A stretch of DNA of 64,000 bases, from contig CASFQA010000002.1 in the NCBI GenBank assembly GCA_949296775.1, forward strand, positions 34,305 to 98,304. The letters run 5' to 3'. Positions 9,563 to 18,504 of this stretch are shown in pieces. A program made the position numbers and the translations under genes. A model generated the notes under the pieces. The model did not search any database. It worked only from the letters and a program-made list of their open reading frames with translations, and was not told the origin of the DNA. Positions within the stretch are counted from its first letter, which is position 1, and every line of letters begins with the position of its first letter. Origin of the DNA: an uncultured bacterium (GTDB lineage Bacteria > Bacillota_I > Bacilli_A > RFN20 > CAG-826).

Positions 9563-10981
9563 TTACCCGATGGGCAAAGCGTTAACGACCGCGAAGACCC
9601 CCTTGCTAGCCGCCTTGTTGACCTCAATCTCCCCTTGGTAATCGGGAAGGGAGGAATATAGCCCCTTAATCGCGGTTTCGCCCCGATTCGTCCCTTTGAC
9701 GGCAACGGGGGTTCCCCCGCTGACGGAAAAGCCGGTCAATAAGGTCGAATCGGTGAAGAAATAAGGGTATTTCCGCTTAGCTTCCCCAATGGCGTTGACG
9801 ATTAAAGCGGAGAAGGCCGGGACAATGCCGGTCAATGAAGACAAATGGAAGCCATGGTCCGCCTGGCCCCGAACCAAGCCGAAGGAATACGGTTCCCCGC
9901 CTTTTAGGCAATCAGCGACCGATTCCGAAGGCAAGGAGAAGGGCAAGGAATCGCGATAGCTCTCGCTGCCGACCCATTCGTAAATCCGTTCCAAATCGAT
10001 CCCCAAGGGCAACGGGAGGTTAAGGATCGCCAACGAATGGCTAAGGACCGCGGGTTCATCGATCGAAGGCTGAGCGTAAATGCTTCGCCCATCGATCTCC
10101 GTCCAAGCCGATCCGAAAGGGAAAGGCAATAAGGCCTTTTGGCCGTAATGGAAATAACGGGGCTCTTTCGGGGATGGGGTATGGTAAAGGGCGACATCGA
10201 CGTCCCGGGTCCGATTGAGGGCGAGCAGATTAAGATAGCTGGGCTCTCTGCGGTTATCCTTTTCCAGCAGGAAGCGATATAAAGGCGAATAAAAGGGCAA
10301 ATCGGCTAAAAGGAAGCAATCGCCTTTTATCGACCGCGATTTCCCTTGATGAAGGAAATCCACCGCTTTCGCCTTCCCTAAAAAGGTTTTGATCCCCGTC
10401 GGGTGGCTATCATAAACGATCGTCCCGCCACCGGAGACGATATCCTTAGCCAAAGCGCCGATCAGCCTCGCCGCTTCGACGTGGCTTAGGAAGGTAAAAC
10501 GGGAAAAGGACTTCTTGCCTAACCGCGACAAGATGTCCAAGGCGAAATGCTTGCCATAGGGGCTTTTCGAATTCAAATCGAGGAACCCCCCAGTCCGGCG
10601 GAAGCGATGGCTTAAATCCGATTCGTCTTTAGCCGGGCTAAGCAATATCGGCTTGGCCCCAGCCTGGCTTAAGAAGGCGGCGGCATATAGCCCCGAAAGC
10701 GAATCGCCGATGATAACCGGCGATCCCTTGCCCGAATACCGCCCTTTCGGAGGATTCACCAACGCCTCAGAGAAGGAGATGGTCGTCCGGCGGATGAACT
10801 CCATCGTCTCGATGCAGAAATCGCCGTGATAGACCAGCTGCCCGTTGATGAACGAGGCGGAGGCGCTGATGAGCTCATAACGGAAGGCGGTCTTCTTTAT
10901 CCCGATCCGGTCGGAAAGGTTTTGGATGAGCCGGGCGGGGTCGAAGGAAGGGATCGGGACGTCGCGGATAAAGTATTTCAT
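9563..10981 (-). CDS. FAD-dependent oxidoreductase (COG2509-like), paralog of upstream gene
   Basis: Rossmann dinucleotide motif VIIGDSLSGLYAAAFL. Start ATG at 10981 overlaps the stop of the upstream gene (ATGA), so the two are translationally coupled. Confidence 0.5.
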   Translation of the reverse strand: MKYFIRDVPIPSFDPARLIQNLSDRIGIKKTAFRYELISASASFINGQLVYHGDFCIETMEFIRRTTISFSEALVNPPKGRYSGKGSPVIIGDSLSGLYAAAFLSQAGAKPILLSPAKDESDLSHRFRRTGGFLDLNSKSPYGKHFALDILSRLGKKSFSRFTFLSHVEAARLIGALAKDIVSGGGTIVYDSHPTGIKTFLGKAKAVDFLHQGKSRSIKGDCFLLADLPFYSPLYRFLLEKDNRREPSYLNLLALNRTRDVDVALYHTPSPKEPRYFHYGQKALLPFPFGSAWTEIDGRSIYAQPSIDEPAVLSHSLAILNLPLPLGIDLERIYEWVGSESYRDSLPFSLPSESVADCLKGGEPYSFGLVRGQADHGFHLSSLTGIVPAFSALIVNAIGEAKRKYPYFFTDSTLLTGFSVSGGTPVAVKGTNRGETAIKGLYSSLPDYQGEIEVNKAASKGVFAVVNALPIG

Positions 10982-12117
10982 ATCGCCTCCGAGACGGTTA
11001 GGGCGCTGATAAGGCACCAGGCGAGGTTATAGCCGCCGCAGTCGCCGTCGACGTCTAAACATTCGCCGATGAAATAAACGCCCGCCTCCCTTTTGCTCAT
11101 CAAATCCTCATCGACCTCATCAAGGCCTATGCCCCCGATGGTGACCTGGGAGGAAGAGAAAGGGTAAAAGCCGTCAAAATCAAAGCAAAGGCATTTCAAA
11201 GCCTTGCAAAACCCGGTTAAGTCATTGGGATTTTTCAATTGATTACGCACGTAAATCCCTAACGGATATTCAACTAGGGTATATAGATAGGCCCCGTTGA
11301 CCGCGCTCCGTGAGGCGATGCCTTCCAATTCCGATAGCCCACAATCGGGGAAGAAATCGATGGCGATGCGGAAAGATGACCCGCCAAGCCTAGCCAAGCG
11401 GCTGGAGATATTGAAGATGACGATGCCGGATAGCCCATCCTCTTTAAACAGCACTTCCCCCGCTTCCTCATAGACCATCCCGCCTTCTTGGCCATAGGCT
11501 CGAACTAGCCCCTCATGGCGGACCCCTTTGAGCCCTTTGGTTTTCTGCTTGGTCTTAATCGGGACGAGCCCGGGGCGCAAAGGGACCACGTGATAGCCGT
11601 GTTCAGAAAGCAAAGGGAACAACGACCCGTCGCTTCCTAAGTTGCTTTGGCTCTTTCCCCCGATGGCGAATATCAGTTTGTCGTAACGGCGTTGCTCCTT
11701 GTCGGTTCGGACCAAGCCATGGCCATAACCCATTACCCGCTCGTTAAGGTAAACCTCGATGCCGAGCTTATTGGTTAATTCGATCAGATAACGGCAAAAG
11801 GAATTGGCGGAATAAGCAAGGGGATAAACCAGTTCCCCCTTGGCGAAAACCGGTATGCCCAATCCGCCTAAAAAAGCGCAGAGCCTCTTATAAGGATAAC
11901 GGTTTAAGTATTTCGCGATCCAATCCGGGTGGGAATAACGTTCAGGCTTCAGATTGGCGTTAAGCAAATTGCAATGGCCGTTCCCGGTCGCGTATATCTT
12001 CTTAAGCAACCGGTCGTTCTTCTCGATGACGTAAACCCGATAATCCGGGTGGGTGATTTTGATGCTAATCGCGGCGTAGAGACCGCTGATGGAGCCACCG
12101 ATGATGCCGACGATCAT
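10978..12117 (-). CDS. HI0933/YhiN/BaiN-family NAD(FAD)-utilising flavoprotein
   Basis: N-terminal IVGIIGGSISGLYAA plus the family signature GNGHCNLLN (the GNGRCN motif of the HI0933 family). Confidence 0.7.
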   Translation of the reverse strand: MIVGIIGGSISGLYAAISIKITHPDYRVYVIEKNDRLLKKIYATGNGHCNLLNANLKPERYSHPDWIAKYLNRYPYKRLCAFLGGLGIPVFAKGELVYPLAYSANSFCRYLIELTNKLGIEVYLNERVMGYGHGLVRTDKEQRRYDKLIFAIGGKSQSNLGSDGSLFPLLSEHGYHVVPLRPGLVPIKTKQKTKGLKGVRHEGLVRAYGQEGGMVYEEAGEVLFKEDGLSGIVIFNISSRLARLGGSSFRIAIDFFPDCGLSELEGIASRSAVNGAYLYTLVEYPLGIYVRNQLKNPNDLTGFCKALKCLCFDFDGFYPFSSSQVTIGGIGLDEVDEDLMSKREAGVYFIGECLDVDGDCGGYNLAWCLISALTVSEAI

Positions 12118-12215
12118 AATTCTTCCCTTCGCCGTAATAGATTACCACTCCCACGCTTTCCTTTTTAGCCCTGTTCAACCGCCCGTTAACTGACTATACT
12201 TCCCTTCGGGAAAAA

Positions 12216-12707
12216 ATGATGGCCTTAATCCAGAACATGCTTAAGGAAATAGAGGGCCATTACTCTAATATAACCGCCGCTTCCGAAAAAGCCTTAACCT
12301 ATTTGAAGCAGGCGCTCGGCCCGGCTTTTATCTCCATCCAATCCGGCTCGCCCTACCTCGAGAAGGAAAAGGAGATAATCGCTTGCCTAGGGGCCAACCG
12401 GATGCTGATCGATTATCGGTCCTTGTTCAGTTCGCCCATCTATGGCGAAGACGAGATCCGCCTCCTAATCAAACTAGAAGACGCGATCCTCCGCCTCGCC
12501 GACGAATATCTGCGGATCAATCCTTACCGCAAGGAATTCGCCTCCGCCAAATTCCTCCAGCACGTCAAAGCTCTGCTCATCGCCCCGATCCTCGAAGCCC
12601 AGCCCGAATGGATGGTCGCCTTTGGGCTCGCAAAAGACATCGAAGACGCCAAAGCCAAAAGCCAGGGGCGTTACCCCTCGGCTTATTATGATTCCTTAAC
12701 CCGTTAA
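12216..12707 (+). CDS. Hypothetical protein
   Basis: ORF of 163 aa with coding-like codon usage. No recognisable motif. Confidence 0.35.
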   Translation: MMALIQNMLKEIEGHYSNITAASEKALTYLKQALGPAFISIQSGSPYLEKEKEIIACLGANRMLIDYRSLFSSPIYGEDEIRLLIKLEDAILRLADEYLRINPYRKEFASAKFLQHVKALLIAPILEAQPEWMVAFGLAKDIEDAKAKSQGRYPSAYYDSLTR

Positions 12708-13075
12708 GAACGTTTTTCCAAGTCGTCGGTGATGGCTTGGAAGGTCTCTTCGCTTAAGACGTGCTCGATCAGGCAGCAATCATGCTCGGCCGTTGGCTCG
12801 CTCACGCCTAACAAGAGGAGGTATTTCTTCAATACCCGGTGCCGATGCAAAACATTATTGGCGACTTCCCGCCCTTTTTCGGTCAAAGCCATATCGCCAT
12901 AGTCGATCCGGGTGATAAGCCCCTTATCGATCAGCTCATGTCCCATTTGGTGGACCGCCGGCTTGCTGACGTGGAGGATAGCCGCCACTTTGGTGGTCTC
13001 TAAAGGCAGCTTGGCCTCTTCCAGCATCAGCAGGGCTTCTAAGAAATCTTCTTGGGATTTGGTATAGGGTTCCAT
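12704..13075 (-). CDS. DtxR/MntR-family metal-dependent transcriptional repressor
   Basis: Winged-helix N-terminus (AILHVSKPAVHQMGHELIDKGLITR) plus metal-site His/Glu/Cys residues (HRHRV...AEHDCCLIEH) characteristic of the DtxR/MntR family. Confidence 0.75.
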   Translation of the reverse strand: MEPYTKSQEDFLEALLMLEEAKLPLETTKVAAILHVSKPAVHQMGHELIDKGLITRIDYGDMALTEKGREVANNVLHRHRVLKKYLLLLGVSEPTAEHDCCLIEHVLSEETFQAITDDLEKRS

Positions 13076-13230
13076 AAATCAATTGTTAAGCAAGATTATC
13101 AAGATTGCAAGCAATAGGCGCCGGCAAAAGGCAAATCGGCCGGCGTTCCAATAGAAGGCGACATCGCCTAGCCAACCCAACTGGAGAATATATTGCTTTG
13201 CTTTTATTCTATGAATAAAATGCGCTTGCT

Positions 13231-13719
13231 ATGAAGAAACTCATCCTGGTCTGCGGGCCCGCGGCCATCGGCAAATCGACCTTCTCCGCCAAATACGCGA
13301 GAGAGCATCCCGAAGAGGAGGTCGTCGTCATCGCCGCCGATGAAGTCCGAAAGGAAATGTACGGGGGCTATGACCAATTTCCGCCGGGAATGAATATGAT
13401 GGTCATCTATGAGGAAATGGTCAAAAGGGCTCAGCGTCTTTGCGACGTCAAGGATTCGTTGACCCTCATTTTCGATACTACCATGCTCTATGACGAAAGA
13501 CGGCTCTACTTCCAACGCCACCTACCGGATTTCGATCGTTATATCCTGATACTCTTGAAGCTGCACGACTATACCAAATGCCTTCAACGGAACCATCAAC
13601 GCCCAAAAGAGAAATGGGTTCCCGATCACATCATTCTCGACATGGCCTCCCATTATGAAGACCCCAGCGAGGAATGCAAAAAGCATTTCGATTTCGTTGG
13701 CGAGATATACGTCGACTAG
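13231..13719 (+). CDS. P-loop NTPase / predicted kinase (AAA-like ATP-binding protein)
   Basis: Walker A motif GPAAIGKST at the N-terminus. Size and layout resemble small nucleotide/polynucleotide kinases. Confidence 0.5.
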   Translation: MKKLILVCGPAAIGKSTFSAKYAREHPEEEVVVIAADEVRKEMYGGYDQFPPGMNMMVIYEEMVKRAQRLCDVKDSLTLIFDTTMLYDERRLYFQRHLPDFDRYILILLKLHDYTKCLQRNHQRPKEKWVPDHIILDMASHYEDPSEECKKHFDFVGEIYVD

Positions 13720-14252
13720 GCTTTCTTCTTATAGAGGATGAATTTCCTGGTCAGATAATTGAAGACGGTGTTGAAACCGGTTTTTAAGACGAAGACCACG
13801 GTATAGGCGACGAAGACATCGATGTCGGCCCCGAAGAGGCTGGAGAAATCGATGTCGAGGATATTGATGCCCCACCCGGACCACTTAAGGCAGATCATAT
13901 AGCCGAGGAATTGGATGAACGAGGCCCCCAATAAGCCGAGGAAAGCCCACAAGGTGAACTTCAAGGCCCCTTTAAGCGATTTGTTCTCGGCCTCGTTTTG
14001 GTAATCGCGGAAAGCCCAAACCGATGACAGGCTCCAGGTCGCCGGGGTCGCGACGATAAAGCCGATGATCGAGATGAAGAACTGAACGAAAAAGGCGACG
14101 ATGATCCCCGCCCCCGCGATCCAGGAGGAGAATATCGAGGTGCACCACACCTCCACCACGTAATCGATCAGGGTGCCATAGACCCCGACGATGAGGAATC
14201 GGATAAGTTCGCTCCAAAAACCCTTGTCCTTGAGGAAAGACAACTTAGCCAT
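13716..14252 (-). CDS. GtrA-family membrane protein
   Basis: N-terminal ELIRFLIVGVYGTLIDYVV resembles the GtrA signature (F.+vG..nt.idy). About 4 TM helices. Confidence 0.5.
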   Translation of the reverse strand: MAKLSFLKDKGFWSELIRFLIVGVYGTLIDYVVEVWCTSIFSSWIAGAGIIVAFFVQFFISIIGFIVATPATWSLSSVWAFRDYQNEAENKSLKGALKFTLWAFLGLLGASFIQFLGYMICLKWSGWGINILDIDFSSLFGADIDVFVAYTVVFVLKTGFNTVFNYLTRKFILYKKKA

Positions 14253-14254
14253 AA

Positions 14255-14494
14255 CTACTTGACGTACTTGGTCCCGGCTTTCTTCTGCTTTTGGATTTTG
14301 CCGGCCTTCGCCCCTTTGGAGGCGTGGACTAAGACGATGCCGCCTTGGTTGCCGGCGACTGCGTCACCGTAGGCAATGGCTTCCTCTTTGGTCTTGAAAA
14401 GCTTGATGACCTTTTCCCCGCCGGCGAATTTGATGGTCCATTTGCCATCTTCCTTCCGCTTGGAGATATGGTATACCTTGGTTGAATCGGCCAT
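14255..14494 (-). CDS. DUF2188-domain small basic protein
   Basis: 79 aa: YHISKRKEDGKWTIKFAGGEKVIKLFKTKEEAIAYGDAVAGNQGGIVLVH matches the DUF2188 pattern (YHV.p...gW.vk.eg...a...f.tk.eAi..ar..Ak.....l.iH). Confidence 0.6.
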   Translation of the reverse strand: MADSTKVYHISKRKEDGKWTIKFAGGEKVIKLFKTKEEAIAYGDAVAGNQGGIVLVHASKGAKAGKIQKQKKAGTKYVK

Positions 14495-14510
14495 GAGTTT
14501 CCTCCCCTTA

Positions 14511-16622
14511 TTATTTTAACGCATCGATGGATTTTTCTAATCCCGAAACATCGGCGTCCGAGGGCATCCGCCAATCGCCCCGCGGGGAGATGGCGACCGA
14601 CCCGACCTTCGGGCCGTCGGGCAGGCAGCTCCGCTTAAACTGATTATGGTAGAAACGGACGGCGAAGCGTTTCAGCCAATGTTTGATGGTCTGACTATCG
14701 TAAACCCCTTCATAGGCTTGCTTGGCGATGTAATAAAGCTTCGGCATCCGATAACGGAAACGGAGGAAATGGTAAATGAAGAAATCGTTCAATTCATACG
14801 GCCCGACCGTATCCTCGGTCTTTTGGGCGATGACTCCGTCTTTGGTCGGCAAAAGTTCTGGCGAGATCGGGGTATCGATGATATCCAGCAAAGATGAGGC
14901 GGCCTCCGGATGCATTTTCGCATAACCAAGGCAGAGGTACCGGACCAAGGTTTTGGGGATCGAGGCGTTGACCCCATACATCGACATATGGTCGCCCCCA
15001 TACGTGCACCAGCCAAGGCAAAGCTCGGATAAATCGCCGGTCCCGATCATAAGCGACCCTTCGTCGTTGGCGATATCCATCAGCACCTGGGTCCTTTCCC
15101 GGGCTTGGGCGTTCTCATAGGCCACATTGTGGTTGCTCTCGGCGTGGCCGATGTCCTTAAGGTGGGAGCAAAGGGTTTCCTTAATCGATATTTCCCGGAA
15201 AGACACCCCCAATTGGCTGGCGAGGTTCATCGCGTTGTCGTGGGTCCGCTTGCTGGTCCCGAAAGCCGGCAAGGTGATCGCGGTCAAGTTGGCTAGCGGC
15301 AGGCCCAGCTTCTTGAAAGCCTCAACCGCGACCAGCAAAGCCAAAGTCGAATCGAGCCCCCCGCTTAAGCCGACGATGGCTTTTTGGCAATGGATGGCCT
15401 TCATCCGGTTGACTAAGCCCGCCACCTGCATGGCGAGGACTTCCTTCACCCGGGCTATATCGACTTCCTCCCCCTCGGGGATAAAAGGGTTCCTGGCGTA
15501 ATGGCGGAGCGCTTTCTCCGGTTTATCCAAAGGCAAGGAAAAATACGCCTTCGCGAACTGTTCGCCTTCCGCGAGGCTATTGGTCTTCCGCCGCTCGGCA
15601 TTAAGCTTCTCGATATCGATATCCGCGGTGGCGTCGGCGAAGGTAAAAAGCTCGGATTCGGAAAGGATAATCCCGTTTTCGGCGATGAGGTTATGGGAGG
15701 AGTAGACGCAGTCGGTCGTCGATTCCCCTTCCCCGGCATCGGAATAGACGTAGGCGCTGAGTAATTTGGCGGAGGTCATCCGCACCAAATCCCGGCGATA
15801 ATCGGCTTTCCCGACCGTCTCGTTGGAAGCCGAAAGATTGAGGATGAGGTTCGCCCCGGCTAGGGATAGGTCGATCGATGGGGAAGAGGGAACCCAAAGG
15901 TCCTCGCATATCTCGACCCCGATCCGGAGTTCGGGGTACCGGGAATCAACGAAGATGACTTTATTGCCGAATATCACTCCTTCCCCACCGATATACACCA
16001 TTTTGTTCGGCCCTTCATACCCATGGAAGTAACGTTTCTCATAGAACTCCTGATAAGAGGGGATGGCGCGCTTGGGGACTAGGCCGAGGATGCGGCCTTG
16101 GCAAATAAGGGCGGCGACATTATAAAGGCGATGGCCGTATTCAAACGGCAAACCGGCGGCGAACAAAACGTCGACTCCCTTTGAGAACTCCTTTAGCTCG
16201 GATAATCCGTCAAGGCAAGCAGCGAGGACGGTTCCGTCCAAAAGCAAATCGCCGCAGGTATAGCCGCATAAGGAGAGCTCGTGGAAGCAGGCGACCTTGA
16301 CCCCGTCATTTTGGCATCGATGCAAAGATTTCTTGATTTCCTCAACGTTGGCCGCGACGTTCGACAAATGGATGGGGATGCTCGCGGCCCGGACCCGGAC
16401 AAACCCCAATGGGTCATCATGGTGTTCGGGGTCGGGATTCCCTAATTCGACGCGGTCGAGATTGGGGGAGGAAGACGCAGTCAGCTGCTCATAGAGGTCC
16501 TCGCTCATCAGCACCATCGACTCCTGGCCGTTTTTGCTGATATGGATAGGGGTCGGGGATTCATTAACCACCCCCTCGATATTGTTGGTGTCCCGCAAGG
16601 CGGTGATCGGTAGGATTTTCAT
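14511..16622 (-). CDS. nadE: Glutamine-dependent NAD+ synthetase (long form: CN-hydrolase domain + NAD synthetase domain)
   Basis: N-terminal nitrilase/CN-hydrolase region (catalytic E...K...C context) and C-terminal PP-loop SGGLDSTLALLVAVEA. 703 aa, typical of the fused glutamine-hydrolysing NadE. Confidence 0.85.
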   Translation of the reverse strand: MKILPITALRDTNNIEGVVNESPTPIHISKNGQESMVLMSEDLYEQLTASSSPNLDRVELGNPDPEHHDDPLGFVRVRAASIPIHLSNVAANVEEIKKSLHRCQNDGVKVACFHELSLCGYTCGDLLLDGTVLAACLDGLSELKEFSKGVDVLFAAGLPFEYGHRLYNVAALICQGRILGLVPKRAIPSYQEFYEKRYFHGYEGPNKMVYIGGEGVIFGNKVIFVDSRYPELRIGVEICEDLWVPSSPSIDLSLAGANLILNLSASNETVGKADYRRDLVRMTSAKLLSAYVYSDAGEGESTTDCVYSSHNLIAENGIILSESELFTFADATADIDIEKLNAERRKTNSLAEGEQFAKAYFSLPLDKPEKALRHYARNPFIPEGEEVDIARVKEVLAMQVAGLVNRMKAIHCQKAIVGLSGGLDSTLALLVAVEAFKKLGLPLANLTAITLPAFGTSKRTHDNAMNLASQLGVSFREISIKETLCSHLKDIGHAESNHNVAYENAQARERTQVLMDIANDEGSLMIGTGDLSELCLGWCTYGGDHMSMYGVNASIPKTLVRYLCLGYAKMHPEAASSLLDIIDTPISPELLPTKDGVIAQKTEDTVGPYELNDFFIYHFLRFRYRMPKLYYIAKQAYEGVYDSQTIKHWLKRFAVRFYHNQFKRSCLPDGPKVGSVAISPRGDWRMPSDADVSGLEKSIDALK

Positions 16623-16700
16623 AACGACACAATAATAGCACTATAATGACAATCAGCCTAACTGTTGCCACCTTATCGGCAAAAAGAGAATAATGACCGC

Positions 16701-17588
16701 ATGCGCAAAGGATATGCCATCGTTAATCAATACCGTCTGTATTCGGGAATAAGCAATTTCTATCTTCGGCTGAAAGAGGAGTTGGGGAATCTCGGAATCG
16801 AATTGCTTCTATCGCGGACCGGGGACGCCGGATTGTTCCTAAACGATAAGGGGCAGGTGGAAGGACGACTATCGCCATCTGATTTCGTCGTTTTCCTCGA
16901 TAAGGACCGCTACGCCGCCTACGGGCTCGAGACAATGGGTTTCCGTTTGTTCAACCGCGCCCGCTCAATCGAACTATGCGATGACAAAATGGCCACTTAC
17001 TTAGCCTTGGCGAATAAAGGGATCCCAATGCCTTTGACCATCACCCCGCCGCTTGACTACGTCGAAAAGGAAAACGACGAATCTTACCTAGCCGAGATCG
17101 GGAACCAACTCAGTTTCCCTCTAGTCGCCAAACTTAATTATGGATCGCTCGGGAATAATGTGTTTTTGTTGCAAAACCTAAACGAATTAAAAGAATTCGA
17201 CCGCAGTCACCTCCGCCTCCCCCGTCTTTACCAACGCTTCATCGCCTCCTCCTCCGGCGTGGATTATCGCCTTATCTACGTCGGCGGACGCTTCGTATCC
17301 GGGATGAAGCGGGTCAACCCTTCCGACTTTCGGAGCAACGTCGCCCAAGGCGGGCATGGGGAGAAGGCGGACATCCCTGAAAGCTATCGTCTTTTGGGTG
17401 AGCGCTGCGTCAGTTCCCTTGGACTTGATTACGGCGGGGTCGACCTATTAATAGGCGAGAAGGGCGAGCCGATCGTCTGCGAGGTCAACTCCAACGCCTT
17501 CATCGAGGGAATGGAGAAAACCACCGGCATCAACGTCGCCGAGGCCTATGCCCGCCATATTGAGGAAACCATCTATGGACATCGATAG
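16701..17588 (+). CDS. ATP-grasp ligase, RimK-like
   Basis: ATP-grasp topology motifs (…FPLVAKLNYGSLGNNVFLLQN…DYRLIYVGGRFVSGMKR…GGVDLLI…). The ORF caller used a TTG start at 16665; the in-frame ATG at 16701 is preferred. Confidence 0.5.
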   Translation: MRKGYAIVNQYRLYSGISNFYLRLKEELGNLGIELLLSRTGDAGLFLNDKGQVEGRLSPSDFVVFLDKDRYAAYGLETMGFRLFNRARSIELCDDKMATYLALANKGIPMPLTITPPLDYVEKENDESYLAEIGNQLSFPLVAKLNYGSLGNNVFLLQNLNELKEFDRSHLRLPRLYQRFIASSSGVDYRLIYVGGRFVSGMKRVNPSDFRSNVAQGGHGEKADIPESYRLLGERCVSSLGLDYGGVDLLIGEKGEPIVCEVNSNAFIEGMEKTTGINVAEAYARHIEETIYGHR

Positions 17589-18504
17589 GAAGGTCCGGGT
17601 AAACATCGGGGGGATAAAGCAAACCGGCCATATATTCGGGCGAGCCCACCGGCCGGCCATCTTATTCGTCCATGGCGGCCCCGGGAACCCCAACCGACAC
17701 AAAATAATCGATAAGCTGCTCCCCTTGGCCGATCATTTCCTCCTTTGCGCCTATGATCAAAGGGGCACCGGCGGTTCCTATCGGCCGTTTTTGAAAAGGG
17801 AAGACCTGACGGTCGAACAATTCGTATCCGATATCCGGGAATGGGCCGATTACCTAAAATCAACCTACCCGGTGGACAAAATCATCCTCGTCGGGGAATC
17901 CTGGGGTTCTTATATCGGGAGCCTGGCCATCAGGAAATACCCATCTTTATTCTCCGCCTATCTCGGCTATGGCCAACTGGTATCGATGAGGAAAACCCTC
18001 GAAGCGCAATATGCGGCCTTAGGGAAAAGGCTTCAAGGAGAAAAGCTAAATGACTATCTTGGCATCGATCCGCCAAAAGACGGGAAATTCGCCTCGAAAG
18101 ACGACGAGTCGCTGTTTTATTCCCTCCTCTATCCTTCCTTTGAGCCCAAAGACTACCCAAGTTACAAAGAACGGGAAATCCTCCCCTTCTACCGTTCGAA
18201 AGAATATTCCTTATTCGATAAAATAGGTTGGAAATACGGGGCCAAGCGAACCAATAAGGCTTTCGAAGGCCAATCCGACTGGCGGCTAGACGACGATCCG
18301 CGGTTCGGGATCCCGTATTACGTTTTCCAAGGGGTCGATGACTTCATCTGCCCTTATTCCCTAGCGAAGGAATTCATCGAGCAAGAAGTCCAAGCGCCCG
18401 AAAAGGGATTCTTTTCCTTTGAGCATTCCGGCCATCTCCCGGCCTTCGAGGAGCCGGAACTGTTCATCGAACGCTTTTTAAGTTTATTCGGCGACCTTCT
18501 TTAA
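17575..18504 (+). CDS. Alpha/beta hydrolase, prolyl aminopeptidase (S33) family
   Basis: LFVHGGPGNPNRH (oxyanion/HGGPG motif) and nucleophile elbow GESWGS. Start ATG at 17575 follows RBS GAGGAAA and overlaps the preceding gene end. Confidence 0.65.
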   Translation: MDIDRKVRVNIGGIKQTGHIFGRAHRPAILFVHGGPGNPNRHKIIDKLLPLADHFLLCAYDQRGTGGSYRPFLKREDLTVEQFVSDIREWADYLKSTYPVDKIILVGESWGSYIGSLAIRKYPSLFSAYLGYGQLVSMRKTLEAQYAALGKRLQGEKLNDYLGIDPPKDGKFASKDDESLFYSLLYPSFEPKDYPSYKEREILPFYRSKEYSLFDKIGWKYGAKRTNKAFEGQSDWRLDDDPRFGIPYYVFQGVDDFICPYSLAKEFIEQEVQAPEKGFFSFEHSGHLPAFEEPELFIERFLSLFGDLL

